Of a stretch of DNA of 64,000 nt, positions 39,611 through 52,818 are shown piece after piece. Positions within the stretch are counted from its first letter, which is position 1; each line of letters starts with the position of its first letter. The notes beneath the pieces were generated by a model. That model saw nothing but the letters and a program-made list of their open reading frames with translations. It searched no databases and had not been told where the DNA came from. Source of the DNA: Glycera tridactyla (lineage: Eukaryota); assembly GCA_965644265.1 (NCBI GenBank), contig OZ286471.1, positions 46,438,001-46,502,000 on the forward strand. The letters are read 5' to 3'. The position numbers were made by a program, and so were the translations under genes.

Positions 39611-42117
39611 GGGGGATCGGGTGGGGGTGGTGGTGATGTTTGTGGTGTTGGTGGGAGGGGGGTACGGGTAATACCATCACTATTCCGAACGTGCTACCCT
39701 CTGTAGACATAGCTCTCGCCCGGGCAAACCTTCTATGTACATTTTACTTGACATGCCGAATTCCGCCCTAGCTGACCGAACTCACTATGCTTTCTCAGCT
39801 TTCCTAGCTTTCCAGACAAGTGAAAGCAACTTTCCCGCGTGTACAGGGTAGCATGGTTCATTTGAGCTCCCAATAGCGGGACGGCAAATGTCAACCAGTC
39901 TACTTTCTCAGCATGCTTTGTGGCCGTTTCAGTGGCCCGTCACTTAGCTCCTCGGCCATGTGTAAGCATTCTCAAGTAATTAATGCATTTTTCATGGATT
40001 CCTGCGGGTTTGTCATTCTTCTTCTAATAGGCTTTCGGGATGTCAATATTCCTGGGATTCGATACAGAGACCCACACATGTAGTTATAGATTACCTTGTG
40101 GGCTTTCAATATTGAAGACATGATGTTGTCCCAAACCATTCTGAAACTGTTGCCATGGCAACAAAATCGAGAGATTTATTCGGTTTTAGGCTGTAATGAC
40201 CCAGTGCAGGACAGATATATTTTGTAGAGAATCAGATTTGGTACCCAATTATTTGATTTGTGCTGCTCTTCGCCACACTTTTAGTTAGGTCTTGAAATTC
40301 GAGTAAATCTCATTTTTGTGTCGATTTTGAGCAAGTTTTTCACATTTGGAGCAATGAAAACGGGTTTTGTGAGGAAAATATCACCTAACTGAAAATTGTG
40401 CCACGACCTCATCATCAAACCCTCGTGGCTACAGATATTGATATAAAATTGAAATAGAATGGGGGACATGTGTGCCCTCCAAGAAAATGTATGGTGTTTT
40501 ATGCATTCTCTGCAACTTTACGACACAGAAGACACACAATCAATCCGACACTGACGTTTTCAGGGATTTGGTAGAGGTGCATTAACTACTTGAGTGATCG
40601 TAAATTGTTCATGTGTTCACGGATATCATGATGGATATGTCCACTCAATCGATTGAGTCCATGTATTGATGAATGGGACAACAAATGTCAACCAGCTAGC
40701 TTTCTTAGCATGCTCCATGGCCGTTCTAGTGTACTATGAGGAGCCACGAATCAGCTCTCCTCACCAGTCTTCATATGATTTTGTTTGGAATGTATGTTTC
40801 AAAAAAGAGTATGCTTCTCTGTATATCTGAAATTGTTCCGTCTCTTCATGCCAATAAGCCATTGACACCCAGTAGTGCCCTTCATCCTCAGAACACATAT
40901 ATTGATGATCGTCATTGAATTTGTTTCGAGCTCATTTCGATCAATCATCTCTGGGTTAATGTGAAGAAAACCCACCTCAACGTGAGTTCTAAGACAAGCA
41001 TCACGATTTCTAATTATGGTTTGGGAGATGTCTTGAGCAGAATAAGTGATTCAGCAACGTGGCATGCATATAGTAGTAGGTTTGCTTCTAAATTTCCCAA
41101 CACTGAATTCAAATGTGTTTTGCTATCGGATTCACAGAATTTGCCTGTACAAATAGCTTGATCAATTAAGTTGGCGAAATCACTATACTCCTGAATGGGG
41201 TGTGTGAATTGTATCAGCTTGTTTTCGTGTATGTGCTTTCATATTAAACATGGTAGTGATGAAGAAAATGCCCTGTGATTTGCATTTCTGCTTCAGTCGG
41301 CCTTGAAGCAGTTCATATGGTTGACCTCGTAGTCATATGGTTGATCCTTCTCTTCACCGATACAAGTGAGTCAGTGTCGACTAGGACTAGATTATATATA
41401 ATTAGCCACATGATCTTATCTCATCCACATTGCGCCACTGGTCGCACACGAGGTAGTAGCTTTTTACCTCGTTGGACTGCTTGACATACATCAGAAGCCT
41501 GAAGGGTGCCAGTCACAAGATGTTGGTATTGGTGATAGCCACAGAAAAACATTGTATTGTATCGTATTGTATTGTATTGTAGATCTTTATTTTTCAACGA
41601 AGAGTATCAATAGTTGACACTTGGCAGTTAATGCTTATTAAAGCAATGATCAGTCATTGAGATCCCATATATCATCGGAGCACATCCACATATTTGTACC
41701 TGCCATTGATTGCCACTACTTAGATGATCTCACCACTCATTGATATACTATTGTTCCCATAGACGTATCCAGTGGTTGAGTGGAATAGTTGAACAAAACC
41801 TACATCGATGCACAGAAGAAAATAGTCAATATGCTCTGGCATCCATTGAAAATTTGACCTTCACCTTTTGGAGTATGATAGATCGATCGATTGATTGATT
41901 GATGATTGATTGATTTGTTAGCTCATTTGTTAGACGGCTGGTCGGATGGTTGGTTAGACTTCACCGACATTTGTCAATATCAAGCTAAAGAATTACGTAT
42001 GTCGTATGTCCACGATCTACAAAAGCCGATTAATGGATTCAATAGATACCACTCTCACAAATTTGAAGGGAAACAAAACAAGTTGTCAGGTTGATGTAGT
42101 CGGCATAGGTTGAGGAC

Positions 42118-42152
<35 letters not shown>

Positions 42153-43319
42153 TTTGTATCATTCATTACAGTCATCGTCTGTTGCACCTTTGGATAGTCA
42201 AGAGTCATAACTTGATATATACAAGACTTGATGGCTCTGGAGTGCTTTAAGGAATTGGGGATGCCTTAGATGTATTGATTGAAGACATTTCTTTTTCTGT
42301 ACTGACCAGAATGAGAGCTAGCCTTGGAGATTCAATTCACTGATCAAGAATGTAGACTAAGGCTAGAAAGAGTAGGTTGTGTGTAGATGAGGTGGAGCGA
42401 CGGGACAGGTACAAGGGCTTGTCGGAGAAGACGCTATTGGAGGAGAAGGGGATGGGGACACCTACACTCCGCTGGTCGGAGGGATATGTAAATACGCGCA
42501 AAATAGTTCCTGCGAGGCGAACGTCAGATCGTGATATCGCGCAGAACTGGACCTGACTTTCTACGGTTGACTTCCCAATGGCCTAATCCCCAAACTTTCG
42601 AGTAATCCTACTATAGGACATACTTTAGCAGGAGTACGTACAAAAGGTTATGATTTTACGGGTTATTCTATGTCAGGTGGGTATATACATGGACTTATTT
42701 CAAATCACATAGTGTTGTATATTGTGATGGAAAAGCATATCTCCTTGCCATCAGTGCTCGTATTCACAACGTTTGGTCAACGACAGAAGGTCTGCTTTCT
42801 TCAGGACATTGTAATTGATAAGAACAGCCATAAGTATCGACTCCTCGTAATCTACCTCTCACAATTTTCTTTAATAAATACGTATGAAGCATTATCCTAA
42901 GATTCGCATTTTCGCATTTTCCACCAAATGTCCGTTCGATTATGTAAGTTAAAAATGCCTTAAAGAGTCGATTCGTGATCTCGGGTATGATAGGTTGCAC
43001 TTGCCAAATTGCACGATGACCCGGGAAATTATCATCGGACCATATTCCTTACAATCAATTTCTCATTGTCATCGTCGTCATAGTTATCGTTAAATACCGT
43101 CATCACCGCCGATGGCATATATTATGTTAGGCACCAGTTCAAAACTATCAATGCCAATTACGACCAATTAGCATCCTTTTCAGACTCTCCAGCTTTATCC
43201 TCGTCCCCATCCCTAATGTTGTCGTCGCCGTCGACATCACTATCCTAGTCGTCTTCCTTAACGACATCGTCCTCGAGACGACCGCTGCTGCTGATGCCTC
43301 TGGTAACATTGACAGAGAG

Positions 43320-43520
43320 ATGATAACCATCACCACTACCACCACAATCACCACCATCGCTACCACCACCACCACCTTCATCACCACCACCTTTACCACT
43401 GTCACCACCAAACCATCACCACAACAAGCATCAATGCCACAAATGCCATCACCACCACCAAAACCATTACCACCACCTCAACTCCATCTCCACCACAACC
43501 ACCGAACCACCACCGCAACC
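43320..43520. repeat. CAC/ACC-rich low-complexity tract
   Basis: Direct reading. Comparable tracts lie at 7500-7900, 14330-14560 and 57310-57540. Confidence 0.85.
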
Positions 43521-46500
43521 ACAAAGGAATTTGACCTTGCCCGCCAACAGCTCCATATAAATATCTTCACCCTACCCTTCCTTTTCGCAGCAACATCATA
43601 TAATATACAGTTCAGTGCGATGCCCCGAACGTCTGCACAATACCGGACAAACCCAGTGCACAGAGCGAGAGTAAATATATGATTGTTCGGTAAATACGGC
43701 AAGCCGTCCTTGAGACTAGCTAGAAAACATCTTCTTTTTCACCTAGCTTGCCTTTTGACCACGGGCCCGTCTCACTATATACTAGCTACCTAAACCCTGA
43801 GTACATGTTCTGACCTTTTGGTGTTATGTGAATATCAGTGAAGAAAGCCACTCCTCCTGGTTGTCATACATAAATGATGTATCTTCAAGTGGTTTCCAGC
43901 TTGGATGGTACAGATATTGCGATGTTCTACACAAAGATTCATCACGCATTTCAGACACAATTGCGCTGTGCCGAACGACCGACTGGGTCCAGAAAAATTG
44001 TAGTAACATTTGATAGTTATTGTAGTAAGATTTGTTATACATGATCGGGTGAGATCATGGAGAAATTAAAGCCCTCATATCATGTTTTGCGAGATTCATT
44101 TGATGGTTCTTCCATAAGCAGCACAGCTGAATGTGTAGAAAGCTTCTGTGCAATTGTGCAGGTCGATTACTGAATGGTCGACCTTGCCCATGTCGGTCAA
44201 CCATCCAAGTAGGAGCTTCGTCCATCAGTTTAAAACAATATTCTCTTGCGAGATTTGCTGCCTGGCTTCCTCATCTTTTTAGTCGCTATTGGCGAAAAGA
44301 CTTTTAGCAATCAGTTATTCTAAATTGCGCAAAAGTCAACTAGCAACATCAGTATCCACATAATTAAAAAAAAAGCTTCATGTGAAATCACCTCTTCCAT
44401 GCCTCTTGTGCAATAGCTTGTCCTGTAGGCAGACGTTTATCGAATGGCCACATCCCTTCTCCAGTAAGTCAGTTCCATCACGCCAATGAGACATACCAGC
44501 GCTGTACCTTTCACGTGTGACTTATCACATATATTCATTTCTGATTACATGTGACATGTTTTCCAAGTCGCCAATTGTCGCCGGGGTTTTGTGTGGTTGT
44601 GGGTTGCAAGTAGTAGAATCAACAAGCGTGCGTACTATCTCAGCATCACTCTCTGTAGGAGACGACATCCACCCAAGATGGAATCAATCATGCTCATCCC
44701 GTTTTTCAGAACATCTAGCTGTTGTCGACCAAGAACACATGGCATACATCATCCTTTTGGATGATGTATGCCGTCAAACCCCAAACAAACAAACAAACCC
44801 TTTTTTTCGAGAAATGGAGCAAAGAAGATCAACTAGTCACATCCGTATCCACATACTCGAAATACGCGTCACATGCAATCACCTCTTCCATGCCCCCTAT
44901 ATACCAATAGAATGGGTGTATTGTATATCTTCTCCTTGCCCAGCTCAGTTTGTTTTCTGTATTCACCATTACAACATTTCTCAGGTTTCTAAAGCCTTTA
45001 TCTTTTTTATCCTCGCATATACGCAATGTCATACTCAATTGCGTGGGAGACCCCCCCCCCCCTTCTCATTAGCCAAATGCGTCACTTTGCAGATATGTTG
45101 ACCTAGACTTGAATATGGATATGAAATCAGTGCTATCATTTTATAAAGTATTCTGGGGTATCAAGAGGTTTGAGAGTGATGCAAGGGGGACCTTCAAAAA
45201 TAGAAAGAAGTTTTTCATAAGTTTGCAATAATTGAGCCCGTACTTCAGATCATTACAATTAGGATCATGCTCCATTCCCTGGTGCAGGACTGGACAAAGC
45301 ACCGCATTACGTCCATGAATCTGGTTTGTGTATAGGTGAAAGGAAAAGTTTCTGCTTTCATTTAACACTTTTCAATCGGTCCTGTTATCAATGACGTTGT
45401 CCTGCTGTGATCAGAGCATAGTGGACCAGAGCTTTGTGGTTGGTCTTTGGGGTTTATTGATATGTGCTGATCAATGGAATTCTAAATGTTGGTTTTCGAA
45501 TTCAAGTGGAGTGGCCGTCATGCCCTCCTCAATGCATTCCTCTCTAGAGCTCTGAACATAGATGCTCTGTTGTCAGGAACATCGACGAATCGGCAGACTT
45601 CAGTCTCGGCTCACCTCAGCGGACATATCGACGCAGATGCAAATATATGAGGAAAAAGACACTCTGAGTTAAAGAAGGGGGTGAATTGATCCACGCAACC
45701 TCTTTATATTAGATATCAAAGAGGAAGGTGTGTGGATGCTGATGGCTCGAAGTATTCATTCCAATAGGCTCATATGGTGTTGTCAAGTGTTAAAAGAGAT
45801 GTGACCAGTCCACGACCTACTTATATGAATGCATGGAATTTCTGGCTGTTTAATTTTGAATCAGGGGTCAAGGACCCACTTTCGGCCCTGTGTTTAAGGA
45901 CTGCAGGTGCCAGGGGCCCACTTTTCACCCCGCCCATTTTTTAACGAGCTGGCTCGATGACATATCAACCCTAGTGACCTGTACTAAGGATGTTGGTTTC
46001 ATGCTTCTTGTCCGTGATCAGACCTGCTTTACCTCCACGACAGAAGACTGTACTCACAGGGCTTACCTCTCAAACAGAAGAGCCAGCATTGTTTGACTGG
46101 CTCTCTTTTTCCCCCACAGATGACCCAAATTCGCCGCTATGTTTGCCTGCGGGAATTATACCACTAATATTCGGTCGCACCTCAGGCCCCATAAGAAAAC
46201 AGGATTATATAAAGGCTCATTTCAGTGGAGCGCGAAAAAGCTTCCGCAAGTGATGCCGCATGCGAATCTATTCCCGATGTACATAGTGGTCAGGCAATTC
46301 CAGAGTGAGAGAAGATGCTACCAGGATTGAATATGCCCGAAAATCACTGAATGTGGTATATTCCTTTTTGTGAAAAAGACAAGGGATTGTGAGAATGTGA
46401 GAATCTCTGACATATGCAGCATAGACAGTGTAAGATAATGTCTTGGAGGTATGGGCGTCAGCTAGCAGGTAGCAATGAAATGATATGGCATTTGGCGAAA

Positions 46501-49500
46501 ATCAGTCAGGAATGTGAATTTGTTTTCACCATGAGTATCAGAATATGAAATATTTGAATTTTACATGCATTAGAATGCGGATCTCATGGAGTTGGGGAGT
46601 GTTGGCGTTTAAATAGCGATGAATTATTATCATCAGCTGCTCACAAGTGAATGGAATAAAACCAGACTAAAGGCATGTTTTTGGTGATTCCCCCAAGATA
46701 AATCAATATTGTCCTGGTCATGATGCCGTAGTCACCTGTGTCCACAGTTTACAGGGCATTCAAGTAAGCACGTATGGATATACATGTTATCTTTTCTGTT
46801 TGTGATCATACTTCGGTCAGCGTTAAGCCCCATATATCAGGTCGCCCGCTCTTTCGGTTCATAATCACCACAGGTATTCACTTGTAGAAAGAAATACTTT
46901 GCCACAAGATTAATTCATACCCGTAGTGACAATGAATATCCTTATTTGTGTAACCGATGCAAATACACCTCGTATCAACATCAGCACGAAGACACTATTT
47001 CCTCATTGGACCTCTGCGGACAAAGATTAATAAGATGATCTCGACTCGAACTGAGCTAAATATATCTTATTTATATTTGAAAGTCCGTGGTTATTTAATG
47101 AAGAAGTTTGATTAAAAGGAAGACATAAAAGAAAACCATCGAAATTAAACAGAATTTTCAATACACCATTTTTCCACTGAGTGACCTGTTAAGGTTTGTA
47201 ATGAGTCAAGTCCGAGAGAAGAGGTCCTCAAGAACTGGTGCTCAAGTTGCCCTCAAGCAGGAAGCATCCATTGAAGATCAACATAAACACAAGGGGTCGC
47301 TTCTCACCGAGAGATTACCCGACTTATGTACTTCCTGTTTATGATGATTCTTCTGACTCAACCTATGTCCAATTGACAGTATACTGAGTATCTATTACAT
47401 TGGCGGCTCAATATAGCCATAATGGTACTTACTAGACGTTTTTAACCATCGAGCATATTACATGGGGCGCTGTTTGGCACACAATAAGTTCACATCTCAA
47501 CCTGTGAGTGACATACGCTGTATTTTGTTTGAACCATGAGATGACCCGAGGAAGCAAGAAATTCGATCAGTGCGTGTAAATGTATGAATCGTAAAGCGGT
47601 GGTGAAGGGCGCGACACAAAGTCTCGGGCATGACTTTTCTCACAGTTAAATAGGTGCGTGACGAACTGTGTGTGACTTCAAAGATGAGCCGTTCACCCCT
47701 CGTACCCTCAGTGTGGATTCACCCTCGACACTGATGGGTCTCCTCTACCTTTTTGGTCTGGAAGTCAACCCACACTGTATATTTGCACCTGTTTGGACAG
47801 CTGTCCTGTTACTCCAATAGGTCAGGTTTTGCTATGTACTCCAAAAACCACGGGATGGCTATTCAATTGACTTGTTAAAGGTGCCATACATTTTCACCTT
47901 CCATTGAAGACCCAGGAGGGGAGTCATGGATGATCCAACCAATGCCCTAAGTGTGAGCGTCTAAGCATAGTCTAGATCCTGCTCACAGGATGCAAAATAA
48001 GTAATCAACCAACTGTGGATACCAGCTGATGACAAGGAGTAATAAAAAGTTCAGTTGCATTCCCGGCCAGACGACTTACACAATAAGATATATTCTTGCC
48101 ACTTGTCATCCCTGTCTCTTTGGTACCGATAGGTTTATGAAGTGATTTTATCACTCATCTGCAGGCATCTTGTTGCCGGGGTCAGCTGCATTCAGACAGT
48201 GGAGGCGCGGGGTCAAGAAAGTTGACAGGATGATCCAAACCAAAATGTGACTAGAGGAATTTTTATCTATAGTTCAACTGTAGTTTTAGCAACAAGATAC
48301 GTTCAGTAATGTTTGCCAACTTTGAATTTGATTTTGGCGAGCGGTACAACACAACCATTCCCATTAGACAAACAGTCGATACGCTGTTGGTGTTTTAGAG
48401 CACATCAGTTATAAAATCGTAATATTTTCCAGCCATGAGTGGCAGACTGGATGCATGAGGCATACACCTCATAAATCCAGTTCTAGATCCTCCTATCCTG
48501 TTGCACTTGTCATCTGTTGGCAATTTTTTCAATCTCGGCAGGGATTCTAAAACTCCCAGACATGCCCCACCCAATCAATCAATCTAAACTTCAGTCTTGA
48601 ATAATCCTGCCTAGGTTGAAGAGACGTTCAGCCCCACTCAATCAATCAATCTGCTGATCGTTGCATTGGGTAAGTCGGGGAACATCGAATCAGCATCTCT
48701 GGTAGGATGGAGGTATAAGAGTTTAGGGTTACACACCCTGGCCTACATTCTAGCGCGGATGTAGATCCATTGTTGTCACAATGTTTGTAATGCGATCATC
48801 AAACATGGAGAGTTGGGTGGCGGGATGGGGTGGAGATGGAGTATAAATGATACCAGAGATGCTCTCTATATGCATGAATCTTCTTGATGGCTAGGTTTGC
48901 GACTAGGCTTACTAGGAAGTGGGTTGTAGTATATCACGAATGTAGCGTATGTGTTCATTGTGAAGCTGTCACAAGATTGATCCTGCATAATTTACCTCTC
49001 AGGTTGAATACATTTTGACTTTCAGAATATCTGCTCCATGTCTGATATTCTGCTTTGATTGGGGGTATTTCTTATGGGCGCAAATTTCTCCTTTGTTATT
49101 ACATGGTTAGATATGCGATATATAGATCTTCGTGACGTTAAATCCCCAACAAAACAAAACAAATCCAAGTGTTAGAGAATGTAGATAATAATCATGATAC
49201 GAAGACTACCTCCATGGACAGGGAACCCACATTATACATAATCCTCTTCGGACGTTACACGTGTCGGACTCTACTCACCATATCAATCAACTCACTGGCC
49301 TCTTGAACTGCTGTTGATAATTCAAATTCAGTTTATGTGTATCCATTTAGGACTTCATTAACCAAAGTCACCATATTCTATTTGAATTCCAGTCAGACTT
49401 TGCGTTGAACGCATGGATTGTGCGAAAAGGTATTATTACATAGTGACAGACCCTGAACCAAACTCTACCTCATAGCTTCCATCTGACAAGAATATGCTCC

Positions 49501-49974
49501 ATTTCGCCATAGATTATTGGACTTTCATCTAGCTTTTGGAGCAGAGTTGCAACTGCAAGAAAAACAACGATGATGTCTGCTTGGTTGGACAGTTTGTCGA
49601 TTAATTGGTCTTTTGAAGTATCATACATCTGCCAGTACTACCTGACATATGAGACGTGGCTGTATTGTCTTCTCCCAGCTATCATTAATCCCGTATCTTC
49701 CGAATATGTAGTGAATCGGCAGCAACTTGACAAGTCGGAGTAGTTTCGGCTCGAACACAGTTATAAAATCGTAATATTTTCCAGCCATGAGTGGCAGACT
49801 GGATGCATGAGGCAAACACCTCTGTTGCACTTGTCATCTGTTGGAGACCTTTGCAATCCCTGCAGAGGAATACAAAACTGCCAGGCATGCAATTTCGATA
49901 GACAAGAACCTTGTTCTCCAACATATTATCAAGTCGTTTTGATGTTTCAGTTTCAGTTCATTTTCATTATACAC

Positions 49975-50976
49975 TCAAGTTACCATATAAGAAATGGTTT
50001 TGGAGTGAAAGAGGCTGTAACTTGACTGAGACGATCCAGTTCCTTTTTGCAAGCAGATAGCACATTGCCAGGTCAGCTTCGTGTCATTTTCGTCGACTAT
50101 TTTAGCCAACATATTGGATGTCATATTCATCAACCTCACTATACGTCTCACTTCACTCCTGAGTTTATTTTTCCGTATTTTCCCCTTTCGGCGATGTGAT
50201 CCGCCCAGAGACGTCCATGTATCGTAAAACCCGGATGAGAGACTACTTGTTATCAGATGTGGAGTCCCTTCCCAATCTGACCCAAACAATGAGAGAAAGC
50301 TATGGTTCAAGTTTGCCTTGGCCTATAATAGATTCTCCCAAATGGAGCAGGACCAGATGCTGAATGTTTTCAAAGGAAATACAAGAAATATTGAAAGACA
50401 TGGTTTGAACAGAATATCACGTCGTCAGAATGGTACGATCTAGGGAAAAACAATATAGTGATGCTCGGAATTCAAATAGGGAGTACATTTTCGCTCATCG
50501 CTGAATACTTGTCTACAGTGGTCGTTATTGTCTGACAAATATTGAGATCTCTTGGTACAAGATGCGCGGCATTGTGTACATTCTGTCACCCTGGCAAACA
50601 GGGTTATAATACACACATTGTGAAACCCAATATTGCTTCAAACAGTGCACATATGTACGCACAAGCCCTCAAACTGTTGACGCGACAGTTGCTCTTGAAC
50701 TTCAAGGGCCATCGTCTGACGAAGATGGTTCTCAATTGTAGTAAAACCAGGTGAAGCTTTGTGCAATAGCAGTCCCTGGCCGATCACGAGGAGTTATGTT
50801 GGTCTCGGACGAGCATCTTTCCATCTCATTTCTGGAATTGAGTTGGATCGCCCTGTCATAGTTGTTGCATCTTTGAGAGAGATGAGTTGTGCCCACGCTG
50901 TCATGTGGTTGCAAAAAGACTGCAGCTCAAGCTGGATGTCACGAGTGCAATTTGAGCTCAATGTCGCGAGTGGATG
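49975..50976 (-). pseudogene. Stop-poor decayed coding frame with P-loop-like start
   Basis: 334 codons in one frame with 5 internal stops by hand translation. Contains RPT*LLVIGQG...PGFTTI. Lies downstream of the ankyrin remnant on the same strand. Confidence 0.4.
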
Positions 50977-51919
50977 TCAAGCATTCACACCAATCACCAT
51001 TTAAAATGTAGTATCATCGGGACTACCTCAATAATTATAAAGAATGAGTGGCATGAGTGATCAATAGTATAGAAAGCAGGAAGTGAGCTGTATCATGGAG
51101 TATTGCTTGTGAAGAACCGCACGACTGATTCAGAAAAAGCTGAACAGAAAAACAATAGAGCCAACCATCAGGTATTGTCCACCAATATTTTATTTTGCTT
51201 TTCTTGAACAATCGGCACCGTGCCGTAATACTATCGTAAGTCTGCAAGGCATGATTTCGAATACATCATGAAATCCACTAAAATGCCTCGGGTCTTTTAT
51301 TTGACGTCATGAAATGTATCTGAGTGAATCACTTGTTGAGCCCTGCTCCATGAGACATTCAATACGTTCCATACAGTAGCCGGTATCAGATTATCCTAAT
51401 CTAGGGATTGTATAATTTATCCTAGCACAATGCATCATGGAATGAGTTGCAGATTGGTTGATATACCAAAGGGCACAGTTATTACCTGAAGCTATATAGA
51501 CATCATGAGCGAAGCATATTCGATAAAGCATCACTCCGTATTCGAGTGATTTAATTTTCTCTTCAATTTTGATGCACCTCATGGAATCTAAGTCACATAT
51601 TTGCGTTGAAAACGATTGTAGAAAATGCATGTATTTTCATTGATCTACGGAAGAATCAACAGAGGTGTGGGTGGGAATTGAATAGTGGCATGAAGGCACC
51701 AGCTATTTATGTAAATACTTGCTGATATTTATAGACGGATCGCTCTAATCCATAGCGTGTGCTATCAGCTGGAACATCTCCCGGCGTTCGTCGGTACCTG
51801 GAGAAGAAGATAATGATATCACTCATTAGTCATTAGATTTATTTGCTATCAACTCTGCCTTGAATTAGAGGTTCTTATCGTAACACAGTGTAGTTGTAAA
51901 TCGATTGGTTGTTCGTTTG

Positions 51920-52560
51920 GTTGGAGTATACCGGCATGCATCAACCTGCAAGTTTGTGTTCACCATTTGTATTCCAGATTTATAATGAATTTGGATGCTC
52001 TGTTTCATACAGTCCTCACTCTCACACACCTTGAACACACGGTGATGGCAAAAGCCAGGGATGTTTACAGTTGGAAGTAGCTGGCATTTCAGAAATGGCT
52101 CTACACCGCAATCCATCAGCAAGCTGCAGCTGAGACCAGATCTCAACATCTAGGTCATAGGTCTTGGAGGATCAGTTGTGTTCAAATTCAAATTCAAATT
52201 CAAACATACTTTATTTCAACTCGTACACAAAGTATGTTTGAATTTGAATTGGGTGTTCCGCGCCAAATACCTGATCATTCTCTGGTGAATTTACGTCGCA
52301 GATCAATGTTGGCTGATCCACACCAGTGTTGATCAACAAGATGGCTCTCAGGCGTGAGTCGCCAAAAAAGTAGGCGATGTGGTGTAGGGTAGTAACCATG
52401 CTACTGTGCCATAAAATTGTAATGGATATCTGGTCTGGGAGGGTGCGAATAGGGCTATCAAACTGTCAAATGAGCCCGAGATCTTCAAAGTTCAAAAAGC
52501 CAGTGGCCAGTTTCACCAAGCGCAATAGGCACTCGGATTGGCGTAAGTGCTTTCAATGAT
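51920..52560 (-). pseudogene. Decayed ankyrin-repeat coding remnant
   Basis: Fragments LTPIRVPIALGETGHWLFEL, TTLHHIAYFFGDSRLRAILLINTGVD, LLMDCGVEPFLK and VNTNLQVDACRYTP resemble the ankyrin consensus TPLHxAAxxG...LLxxGADVN...GxTP. Broken by stops, frameshifts and the 52191-52250 hairpin. Confidence 0.5.
52191..52250. repeat. Perfect 22-bp inverted repeat with 16-nt loop
   Basis: aattcaaattcaaacatacttt (52191-52212) and aaagtatgtttgaatttgaatt (52229-52250) are exact reverse complements. Confidence 0.97.
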
Positions 52561-52636
52561 TCTTGGTAGGAACAATTTAAATTCAGACTATTTTGCGTGC
52601 ACTCAGCTTGGTAGTGAAACAGGTCCTCGAAAAGGC

Positions 52637-52818
52637 AAGCGTCGAACCTGTCTATAAAGATCATCCTCGGTCGCATCGAAAAGTGACCTCTATAGGCAGG
52701 TGGCCTTCATGGAGAGGTCATTTACTGTTGACAATGCAATCACGGTCGCAGCTCAGGGCTTCTTCTTTAGTCAGGTGGCCTTTGTGGAGAGATGGTCTCT
52801 CAAACCGGTTCGACTGTA
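52637..52818. mobile_element. MITE copy 2, same family, opposite orientation
   Basis: Ends gtcgaacctgtctataaag ... aaaccggttcgactgta. Its reverse complement aligns with 36209-36375, sharing ccctgagctgcgacc, ccacctgcctata, cacttttcgatgc and tctttatagacaggttcg. Confidence 0.7.

Noticed and set aside
41550-41880. LINE 3' end with AATAAA and (CAATA)n tail on the minus strand; SINE-like tails at ~44770, ~49140 and ~58670
   Set aside because: The tails are plausible, but no body could be assigned to a family or delimited.
44517-45101. 194-aa plus-strand ORF
   Set aside because: It runs through a (CAAA)n SINE-like tail and a poly-C run. The conserved peptide signal here is on the opposite strand.
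46120-46253. Strong acceptor (ctctctttttcccccacag) opening a 44-codon frame
   Set aside because: No recognisable product and no partner exon.
47497-47973. Protein-like minus frame (IAIPWFLEYIAKPDLLE...KYTVWVDFQ)
   Set aside because: 5 stops in 159 codons is only modest depletion, and no family was recognised.
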